Source of the DNA: a virus | Direction: 5' to 3' (one strand) | Virus record (IMG/VR): IMGVR_UViG_3300026118_000002 | Coordinates: 13,333-77,332 of that record | DNA: 64,000 nt | Part shown: positions 8,697-16,216 of the stretch, in pieces | Layout of the letters: each line of letters begins with the position of its first letter | Position numbering within the stretch: the first letter of the stretch is position 1 | Program-made: the position numbers and the translations under genes | Notes under the pieces: model-generated | What the model was told of the DNA's origin: nothing | The model's database searches: none | Seen by the model: the letters and a program-made list of their open reading frames with translations, nothing else

Positions 8697-9344
8697 ATGG
8701 CCGTTACTGCACAACTCTATCGAAAAGCCCCGATCAACCTGGCTGGCTCAACCGTCTCGGGCAACGCGCCGATCGACTGGCTTACCGATACGATCAAGGT
8801 CATGCTCTGTACCTCGGCCTACACGCCGAACGCCGATACGCATGTGTTCAAATCCGATGTCACGAATGAGATCAGCGGCACCGGCTATACCGCAACCGGC
8901 GTCGCCTTAGCGTCGCCGACCGTCGTGTACACCGCAGCAGGCTCGTGGGCAACCACCTGGGCCGCAACCACCGCCTATACGGTTGGGCAGATCGTGCGCA
9001 AGGTCACGACCAACGGACACCTCTATGTGTGTGTGATCGCGGGCACATCCGGCGGCACGGAGCCAACATGGCCGACTACGAGCCGCATGACCGTCGTTGA
9101 CAGCACGGTCACCTGGGCCGAGTGTGGCGCGGGCATCAATATCTTCAGCGGCGCGAACACATCATGGACCTCATCGACGTTGACCGCGCGCTACGCCGTG
9201 CTGTATGACAGCACACCCGCGACGGATGCCACGCGCCCGCTGATCGCCTATGTGGATTTCGGCGCGGACCAGACGACGAATAACGGTACCTTTCAAATCA
9301 ACTGGGATACCACGTACGGTATCTTCTACGTGACCGTCGGCTAG
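8697..9344 (+). CDS. Virion fibre-base protein with an inserted carbohydrate-binding-like module
   Basis: IDWLTDTIKVML...PLIAYVDFG frame interrupted by WAATTAYTVGQIV...YVCVIAGTSGGTEPTWP. Confidence 0.6.
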   Translation: MAVTAQLYRKAPINLAGSTVSGNAPIDWLTDTIKVMLCTSAYTPNADTHVFKSDVTNEISGTGYTATGVALASPTVVYTAAGSWATTWAATTAYTVGQIVRKVTTNGHLYVCVIAGTSGGTEPTWPTTSRMTVVDSTVTWAECGAGINIFSGANTSWTSSTLTARYAVLYDSTPATDATRPLIAYVDFGADQTTNNGTFQINWDTTYGIFYVTVG

Positions 9345-9357
9345 ACCGGAGGGGGCT

Positions 9358-11343
9358 ATGCCCTTCGTCTTCCGTCGCCCGCCGGACGTACGCCAGCAGC
9401 ATAGTGCGATAGCACTCATGGGCGGCGCGTCGCCGGATGTCACGATTGCTGCGCCTGCCGCGTCTGTCGATATGCAGGGCAACTCACCGGGGCTCTCCGC
9501 AGGCGCAACGCTGCTGTTGGTGGCGGTGTTCGCGTTTGCCGTCGCTGCGCCCCCGGCGGTGTCGGCCAGCACGACAATTAACGCACCGCCCGCCGCATCC
9601 GCTCGCGCAACCGGCAGCGCGCCTGCGATCAGTACTGGTGCAACCGGCAGCGCGCCCGCATCATCGGCCCGAAGCGACGCCCGCCCGGCAAGCCTGAGCA
9701 CAGGGATAACCATAAGCCCGCCCGCCGGGGGCATGAGCACCTACGCCGCGCCGGGGACGATCAGCACCGGGGCAGCCAGCAGTGCGCCTGCTGGCGCAGC
9801 GACTAGCCAAGCGACGCCGTCCAGCATCAGTACTGGGCTTACGCTCGGGGCGGTGTCCACCGGCGGTACAGGGCAGGCTCGTGCGCCGACGCTGATCGTG
9901 GGCAGCAGCAGCAGTATCCCCGCGAGCGGCATGCGCGCCGAGAGTAGCGCACCTGCGATCAGTACCGGCGTTGCCCTCAGCAGCCCAGCACCTAGCAGCA
10001 GCGCCCGCGCGAACGTGCCCACACTCACGAGCGGCAGCACGTTGCTTGCCCCAGCCGGGGGCGGCGCAACGACGGCGAGCCCGCCGAGTGTGAGTAGCGG
10101 CGTAGGCATGAGCGCCACGCCGAGCAGCGCCGACACACGCGGCAACGCGCCGAGTCTTGCGATTAGCAGCACGCTTGCCGCAGTATCCGGGAGTAGTGCG
10201 ACACAGGCAGGCGCACCCGCCGTAGTGCTGTCGGTCATGGTGAACGCACCAGCATCGGGGTCGAATGCGCGCACCGGCATAGCGGCACTCCTCAGTAGCA
10301 GTCTGTTTGCGAGCCCAGCGGGGTCTGGCGCGGCGTATACCATCCCGCCGGCGGTCGTGACGGGCATCGTCGCCCCAGCCCCACCAGCCGGGGCAAGCGC
10401 CAATAGTAGCGCGCCGCTTCTCAGTAGCGCAAGCACGTTTGCCGCGCCGGGGGCATTTGGCAGCGCCGGTACGGGTATCCCGACGATCAGTAGCGGGCTT
10501 GCACTAGCGGGGCCGCCGAGCACTGCCACTGGACAGAGCCGCCCGCCGAGTCTCAGTATCGGCGTTGGGCTGCCCAGTAGTGCGGCGACGGCGAACGTGG
10601 GTAGCGCGCCGCCGGGACTGACAACCAGCAGCGTCCTGCCCAGTGGTAGCGCAGCGGCGCAGAGCTACGCCGCATCGCCGCTCGTCGTCACCGGAGCGGT
10701 CGCCGCCCCATCAGGCGCAGGGCTCGCCGCCGTTGCGGTTGCTCCTACGTTGCATACCGATAGCGCGTTCGTCGTCACGAGCGGCGGCGCGTACGCGGGA
10801 GCGGGAGCGCCGGCCGTATCGGTTGCTACTGCCACCCTGGTGGGCGCGCCAGCGGGCGTAGCGGCGACAGGGACGGTGAGTCCAGCCCTAGCCGTCGGTA
10901 GCATCAGCAGCGCAGCACCGATACCGATCAGTGCTGGTGTGGGTGCGCCGGGGTTGTCGCTTAGCGTAACGATCCGCCCGCCCGCCGTGTCATCTGCGGC
11001 CGGGTGCGCGATACCAGCGACGGTAAGCGGCAGTGCGATCGGCGCATTGTTCGCGAGCGGGGCCGCGTACAGCGTAGCGCCGGGACTGCATGTATCGCTA
11101 GCGCTGGAGGGTATTGGGGGTGCATGCAGGGCAGAAGCCACCGCGCCGACGATCACGAGTGGTACGCCGGTGTCTCACGGTCGCATCCGTGTCGCTTGGC
11201 ACACGGCGCAGCCGCGCACGACATGGCGCGCGGCGCAACCGAGGGCACCAGGGAGCGCACGCCAGCCCGGTAGTGCATGGCGTATGAGCGCGCCGGGGGC
11301 GACGTGGACAGCCACACAGCCGCATATTGAGGGTAGCGAGTAA
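9358..11343 (+). CDS. Ala/Ser/Thr/Gly/Pro-rich 22-aa-repeat fibre-like protein
   Basis: P-x-(I/L)STG motif recurring every 22 aa; RBS GGAGG. Confidence 0.65.
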   Translation: MPFVFRRPPDVRQQHSAIALMGGASPDVTIAAPAASVDMQGNSPGLSAGATLLLVAVFAFAVAAPPAVSASTTINAPPAASARATGSAPAISTGATGSAPASSARSDARPASLSTGITISPPAGGMSTYAAPGTISTGAASSAPAGAATSQATPSSISTGLTLGAVSTGGTGQARAPTLIVGSSSSIPASGMRAESSAPAISTGVALSSPAPSSSARANVPTLTSGSTLLAPAGGGATTASPPSVSSGVGMSATPSSADTRGNAPSLAISSTLAAVSGSSATQAGAPAVVLSVMVNAPASGSNARTGIAALLSSSLFASPAGSGAAYTIPPAVVTGIVAPAPPAGASANSSAPLLSSASTFAAPGAFGSAGTGIPTISSGLALAGPPSTATGQSRPPSLSIGVGLPSSAATANVGSAPPGLTTSSVLPSGSAAAQSYAASPLVVTGAVAAPSGAGLAAVAVAPTLHTDSAFVVTSGGAYAGAGAPAVSVATATLVGAPAGVAATGTVSPALAVGSISSAAPIPISAGVGAPGLSLSVTIRPPAVSSAAGCAIPATVSGSAIGALFASGAAYSVAPGLHVSLALEGIGGACRAEATAPTITSGTPVSHGRIRVAWHTAQPRTTWRAAQPRAPGSARQPGSAWRMSAPGATWTATQPHIEGSE

Positions 11344-11687
11344 TGCCAACAACGATCAACACACCCGCAGTCGAGCGCAGTACCTATGTGCTCACGGCTG
11401 ATTTTACCGACGAGACTGGCGCGGCGGTGGTACCAAACGCGGGACTCAACTGGACGCTCATGACGAAGGCGGGTCGGGTAATCAATAGCCGGTTGAGTGT
11501 GCCGATTACGCCTGCTTCGTCAATCACAATCGTGCTGAGCGGTGACGATCTGGCGCTGGTGGATGGCGAGACCAAGGGGCGTCGCGTGCTGATCGAGGGC
11601 ACCTACGACAGCGATCTCGGCGCGGGTCTCGCGATCCGCGATCAGCTGACCTTCTCAATTGTGAATCTGACGGAGGCGATCTCATGA
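11343..11687 (+). CDS. Ig-like virion adaptor protein (putative)
   Basis: TAATG coupling; beta-sandwich pattern; follows the fibre gene. Confidence 0.5.
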   Translation: MPTTINTPAVERSTYVLTADFTDETGAAVVPNAGLNWTLMTKAGRVINSRLSVPITPASSITIVLSGDDLALVDGETKGRRVLIEGTYDSDLGAGLAIRDQLTFSIVNLTEAIS

Positions 11688-12034
11688 CGCTGAATATGGC
11701 GGGACTCCAGACCTTCCGCGCGGGGCTGGCCGACGCGATCGATGCGGGCTGCGAGGAAACCGCTGATCAGGTGCTCGCGATCCGCGATCCGCTCACGCCG
11801 GTGCTCTCGGGGGAATTGCTCGACACGGGCACGGTTGTTCAGATCGCAAGTGGGCATTGGCAGGTGCGCGAGGGTGATGGACTGCCGGATGCGCGGGCAA
11901 GCTATACCGAGTATGGCACCTCCAAAGCACCCGCCCAGCCGCATATGACGCCAGCCGCAGAGCAGGGGCGCGAGTTGCTACCAGTGAATATCGCCGCCCG
12001 GCTTGCCGCGCTCGCAGAACAGAGCAGCGTATGA
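11684..12034 (+). CDS. HK97 gp10-like tail completion protein
   Basis: TPVLSGEL and YTEYGTSKAPAQPHMTPA motifs. Confidence 0.85.
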   Translation: MTLNMAGLQTFRAGLADAIDAGCEETADQVLAIRDPLTPVLSGELLDTGTVVQIASGHWQVREGDGLPDARASYTEYGTSKAPAQPHMTPAAEQGRELLPVNIAARLAALAEQSSV

Positions 12035-12255
12035 AGGTGATCGCAGACAAGACGCTCGGATGGCAAAAGGCCATTGCTTACCTGAACGGTGAACGGATGG
12101 ACTGGTGTACCGAGGCGGATGATGTTGCCGGGTATGTGATCGTCCATGTCGCCGAGCGAGCGCCTGATGGTCGTGTGCATTTTCAGCTTGACGAGCATGG
12201 CGAGCCGGTCACCCGCATGCTGTCGGGCAATGTCGAGATCAGGATGAACGGATGA
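12031..12255 (+). CDS. Hypothetical protein
   Basis: ATGA-coupled on both sides. Confidence 0.55.
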   Translation: MKVIADKTLGWQKAIAYLNGERMDWCTEADDVAGYVIVHVAERAPDGRVHFQLDEHGEPVTRMLSGNVEIRMNG

Positions 12256-12677
12256 GTCCAACACCGATCTTGGACGCGATCACGCTTGTGCGTGTCGCCA
12301 TCCGCAACGCGCTAAAGCCGCTTGCCGCACCGCATGGTGTGTACTGGCTACAGGCTGATCAGAGTACGCCCGATCAACCGGTTGCCTATCCCTACATTAT
12401 CTTTCAGTCGCAAGACCTGGGCGGAAAAGATGTGAAGCATCTGGGCGATTACGGTTGGCAAGGACTCGTGACGATCCGCGCGCTGGCCGATGGACCAGCG
12501 GGAAAACTCCGAGGGGCCGAGGCGCTGTTAGTAGCGGTCTTACCAGGGATGGATAGCCTTGCATCGGCGGGCTATGGATTCTTTGTCGAGCATGAGCGCC
12601 CGCTGGTCTTGCCGCCGGATGTGGATGGGATATGGCAGGCGGGATCGATCTATCGCGTGGGGATGTATAGCGCATGA
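12252..12677 (+). CDS. Tail terminator protein
   Basis: VY...QA...YPYIIF motif; synteny. Confidence 0.65.
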   Translation: MSPTPILDAITLVRVAIRNALKPLAAPHGVYWLQADQSTPDQPVAYPYIIFQSQDLGGKDVKHLGDYGWQGLVTIRALADGPAGKLRGAEALLVAVLPGMDSLASAGYGFFVEHERPLVLPPDVDGIWQAGSIYRVGMYSA

Positions 12678-14677
12678 CGGATCGCACACTGAACATCACA
12701 TGGGGCGGCACGGCACCCTGGCTAAACTACGGATACGGCGTCACGACCGAACTGGTTGTGCCGCGCCTTCGTGATCGCCTCGGTCACGAAATGAGCATCA
12801 GCGCCTACTACGGGCTGCCGGGTGGCAAGCTGACTTGGCGCGGCATCCCGGTCTATCCATCCGGCTTTGCGGCCTTCGGTAACGATATTCACGCTGCGAA
12901 TGCCAGGCAAGCGGGTGCCGATCTGCTCATAACGCACCAGGACGCCTGGCCGCAGTCGCCCGCGCAACTCACCGCGAACGGCACGCGCTGGTGTGCGTGG
13001 GCTCCCATCGATAGTGAGCCCATCGCACCGCAGATCGCGATCCGGCTGAAAGAGTGCTATCAGGCGATTGCGCTCTCACACTTCGGTCAGCAGCAGGCCG
13101 CCGCCGCCGGACTCGATCTACCGCTCGTGGTCCAGGGCGTTGACACCGGCGTCTTCACGCCCGGCAGCAAAGCCGAGGCGCGCGAACGCCTCGGATGGCC
13201 GCAGGATGCGTTTATCGTCGGCATGGTCGCGATGAACACCGGCTACCCGTCGCGCAAAGCTTATCCGCAGCAGTTAGAGGCGTTCGGTCAGTTCTTCCAG
13301 CGCCATAGCGATGCCATGATCTATCTGCACTGCTTTGGCGAACCGGAACTGGATGAGAACGCGATCCCGCTCGTGTGGCACCTGGAGCGCTACGGCGCAC
13401 AGCACGCGGCGCTGTGGGCCGATCCTTATCAACTCGCCGTCGGCTACACGCAAGCGCAGATGGTGGACCGCTACCGCGCCTTTGACGTGCTCTTGTGTGT
13501 GAGTATGAGCGAGGGTTTCGGCATCCCCTTAATCGAGGCGCAGGCGTGTGGCTGCCCTGTCATCGTCGGCGACTGGACGGCGATGAGCGAGAACTGCTAC
13601 ACCGGCTGGAAGGTCGCAAAAGAGGATAGCGAGCCGTGGCCGACATCCCCGCTGCGCTGCTTCTGGCGCTTGCCACATATCGGCGCGATTGTTGAGAAGT
13701 TAGAACTGGCGTACATCACACAACACGTCGCTGGTCCTGATCACCCGTCTAGCAGGCGGGCTCTTGGTGAGCGGGCACGCGCTGCTGTTGTTGCTAATCA
13801 CGATCAGGACATGCTGATCGATACGCAATGGCGCGCGGTGCTGAACGACCTTGCGCAGCGCATCGCTGATGAGCCGACGCCCTGGCACCGCCATCAGTGG
13901 GCTGCCTATGGGCATCAGAACGGGCGCGGCGTGATTATGCCGTGTACGGTCAGGGATTGCCCGGCTGAGAGCACTGGTGATGCGATTGCACCAACAGGCT
14001 TCCCGCTCGTGATCGACGGCATCACGCTCGACATCGCCGACGATCCGAACGGTGGGGTCAAGCACGCGATCGCACACGAGATCACCTCGGTCTACCGGCT
14101 GCAAGACCTGGTCTTTCAGCCCGGCGATGTGGTGATCGACGTGGGCGCACATGTCGGCGTGGTGAGCTGTTATCTCGCAAAGAAGTGGCCGCGCATTTTC
14201 ATTATAGCAATCGAGCCTGTTCCTGCAAATTATGATCGGCTCGTGCGGAACGTGGTAACGAACGGCTGCGCGAACGTGAAACACATCCATTCCGCTATCA
14301 CGAGTGATCGACGCGATCTACTGCTCTCTGGCGATCCGGGAGTCAACAGCGGTCACTACAGCGCCTTTGCTGAGACCGGGCCAGACAGCATACTCGTTGC
14401 CAGTATGACGCTTGGCGATCTGCTAGAGACCTATGGCATCCCTTACATTGCCATGTTGAAACTCGACTGCGAGGGCGCAGAATACGAGATCGTCTATGGA
14501 CCAGAACTACTCCATCGAATGGATACGCTTGTGATGGAGGTCCATGAGAACGCGCGGCTGATTGCCGCGCATGGCACCGGCGCGGCACTTGTGGAATACG
14601 CCAATCGCTTCATCCCGATCGTGCGCACGAGCGTGATCACGATTCCTGATGCGGAGGAGGTACCGCATGGCCGTTGA
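12674..14677 (+). CDS. GT4/GT-B glycosyltransferase fused to an FkbM-family SAM methyltransferase
   Basis: GVDTGVFTP, RKAYP and SMSEGFGIPLIEAQACGCPVI (EX7E); C-terminal VIDVGAHVG, AIEP, LKLDCEGAEY. Confidence 0.9.
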   Translation: MTDRTLNITWGGTAPWLNYGYGVTTELVVPRLRDRLGHEMSISAYYGLPGGKLTWRGIPVYPSGFAAFGNDIHAANARQAGADLLITHQDAWPQSPAQLTANGTRWCAWAPIDSEPIAPQIAIRLKECYQAIALSHFGQQQAAAAGLDLPLVVQGVDTGVFTPGSKAEARERLGWPQDAFIVGMVAMNTGYPSRKAYPQQLEAFGQFFQRHSDAMIYLHCFGEPELDENAIPLVWHLERYGAQHAALWADPYQLAVGYTQAQMVDRYRAFDVLLCVSMSEGFGIPLIEAQACGCPVIVGDWTAMSENCYTGWKVAKEDSEPWPTSPLRCFWRLPHIGAIVEKLELAYITQHVAGPDHPSSRRALGERARAAVVANHDQDMLIDTQWRAVLNDLAQRIADEPTPWHRHQWAAYGHQNGRGVIMPCTVRDCPAESTGDAIAPTGFPLVIDGITLDIADDPNGGVKHAIAHEITSVYRLQDLVFQPGDVVIDVGAHVGVVSCYLAKKWPRIFIIAIEPVPANYDRLVRNVVTNGCANVKHIHSAITSDRRDLLLSGDPGVNSGHYSAFAETGPDSILVASMTLGDLLETYGIPYIAMLKLDCEGAEYEIVYGPELLHRMDTLVMEVHENARLIAAHGTGAALVEYANRFIPIVRTSVITIPDAEEVPHGR

Positions 14678-14879
14678 TGCCACGGTCGTCTTGCGACTCG
14701 ACCCCGCCGATGTGGAGCGTATCCAGGCGATTCTGACCCAGCAGGTCGAAATCATCGGCCTACTCAACGAGCTGCTGAAACGGCAGCCTGCGAACGCCGA
14801 TCTCATTGGCCCATTTCTGAACGATCCGGCAGCGACTATCTTTCATCCCCGGCGCGAGCCGGAAGGCAACGGCGAATAA
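14667..14879 (+). CDS. Hypothetical protein
   Basis: GGAGG RBS; operon position. Confidence 0.5.
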   Translation: MAVDATVVLRLDPADVERIQAILTQQVEIIGLLNELLKRQPANADLIGPFLNDPAATIFHPRREPEGNGE

Positions 14880-14894
14880 CCAGAGGAGATCATC

Positions 14895-15290
14895 ATGCCA
14901 CTTCCGATCCAAGGCCCCAACGGCAAAGTTCTGGCCGGCACCGTCCCGCTCATCTTCATCCAAGACTGGACCGGCGACATTAAGCAGGAAAAACAGGTGC
15001 TTGGCCCGTTTCTGAATGACGCGGGCAATCTCTACTACTCGCGCACGTCGCGCAGTCTCGCGTGGTCCATGAAGGGCATCGTGCCGAGCGGGCGTGATGC
15101 GAGCCAGACCGGCATCATCACCGCGCTCACCGGCGGCACCGATACGCCGATCACGCTGATGTCAACGGCGGGGTACACCGTCACGATTACCAACGCCTTT
15201 GTCGAGAGCGTGAAATTAGGCCACGACGCAAAAGGGACGGCAACATTCGAGGCGTCGGGACTCGATGACGGCGGCTTTGTGGTCGTATAA
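14895..15290 (+). CDS. Major tail tube protein
   Basis: 131 aa beta-rich; precedes the chaperones and tape measure. Confidence 0.7.
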   Translation: MPLPIQGPNGKVLAGTVPLIFIQDWTGDIKQEKQVLGPFLNDAGNLYYSRTSRSLAWSMKGIVPSGRDASQTGIITALTGGTDTPITLMSTAGYTVTITNAFVESVKLGHDAKGTATFEASGLDDGGFVVV

Positions 15291-15320
15291 GCTAGATACT
15301 AGCTTTAGATACTGTTAGGA

Positions 15321-15794
15321 ATGTGTGTGTCTGACTTTGATGAGTTCAACCCCTCGTCGCAACTGAACGGGGCGGGCGGCGACTATGCGACCGCCGACGA
15401 TCTGCTCACGCTCTCGGATATGTTCGAGCAGGACGTGACGATCACCCGCTGGCACAAGAACGGCAAGCCGCTCAAGATTCGTGTACGGGCGCTTGACCTT
15501 GATCAGCAAGAGCGCATCCTGAACGACGCGCTTATTCAGAATGCGAAAACCGGGCTGTGGGAAACCAGCGACGCGGCCTATTGCGCAGCGACGTTGCGCG
15601 AGATGTGCGTGGTACCGAAGCTGAACGACGATCAGGCGCAGCGCATGCGCGGACATAATCCGACGATCATCAAATCACTCGTGCGCTACGGATGGAAGCT
15701 CTCTACGCTCGATGACAGTCGCCTGGAAGCAGAGGCCGCGAAGCTTGCCGAACAGCACGCCACAACTGAGTCTGTCACTGAAAGCGGCGCATAA
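15321..15794 (+). CDS. Tail assembly chaperone (start may be GTG at 15327)
   Basis: KIRVRAL motif; synteny. Confidence 0.7.
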   Translation: MCVSDFDEFNPSSQLNGAGGDYATADDLLTLSDMFEQDVTITRWHKNGKPLKIRVRALDLDQQERILNDALIQNAKTGLWETSDAAYCAATLREMCVVPKLNDDQAQRMRGHNPTIIKSLVRYGWKLSTLDDSRLEAEAAKLAEQHATTESVTESGA

Positions 15795-16209
15795 TACGCA
15801 GCGTTGGGTGCGTGTGATCGCGAAACGCTACCACTGCCCCGCTGCGGTTATGCGTCATCAGCTCCGCACCGCGCGCAACCTCGAAGAAGAGGTTGCGCCG
15901 ATTATTGCCGACTACATCCTGGCTGAGGCCCGCGCGCTGAACCAAGGCGATAACACACTAGCGGATGATGATGTCAGTGTGCTGAGTGTGGCGATCCGGC
16001 GCTGCGCGGCACTGCTCGCGCCGACGCAGGCACTGCCGACACGCCAGGCGCTGTTCGGCGGCACGCCGGTGAAGACGCTGAAAGACTATGAGACGGATGC
16101 GCCGGTTGTGCCGCGTGAGCAGCAGGACTCAGCGACACAGGCGCGCTTGGATGCGCAGACGAACGATATTCTGGCGCTGTTGAAAGCTGATCAGCGACCG
16201 ATGGAGTAA
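15712..16209 (+). CDS. Second tail assembly chaperone ORF (GT-like); start uncertain
   Basis: Overlaps the chaperone end in the +1 frame; lies before the tape measure gene. Confidence 0.5.
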   Translation: MTVAWKQRPRSLPNSTPQLSLSLKAAHNTQRWVRVIAKRYHCPAAVMRHQLRTARNLEEEVAPIIADYILAEARALNQGDNTLADDDVSVLSVAIRRCAALLAPTQALPTRQALFGGTPVKTLKDYETDAPVVPREQQDSATQARLDAQTNDILALLKADQRPME

Positions 16210-16216
16210 ACGCACT

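Noticed and set aside
14808-15020. Shared GPFLND peptide in the 14667 ORF and the tail tube protein
   Set aside because: Only six residues (about 17 nt); cannot be distinguished from chance or a trivial local duplication
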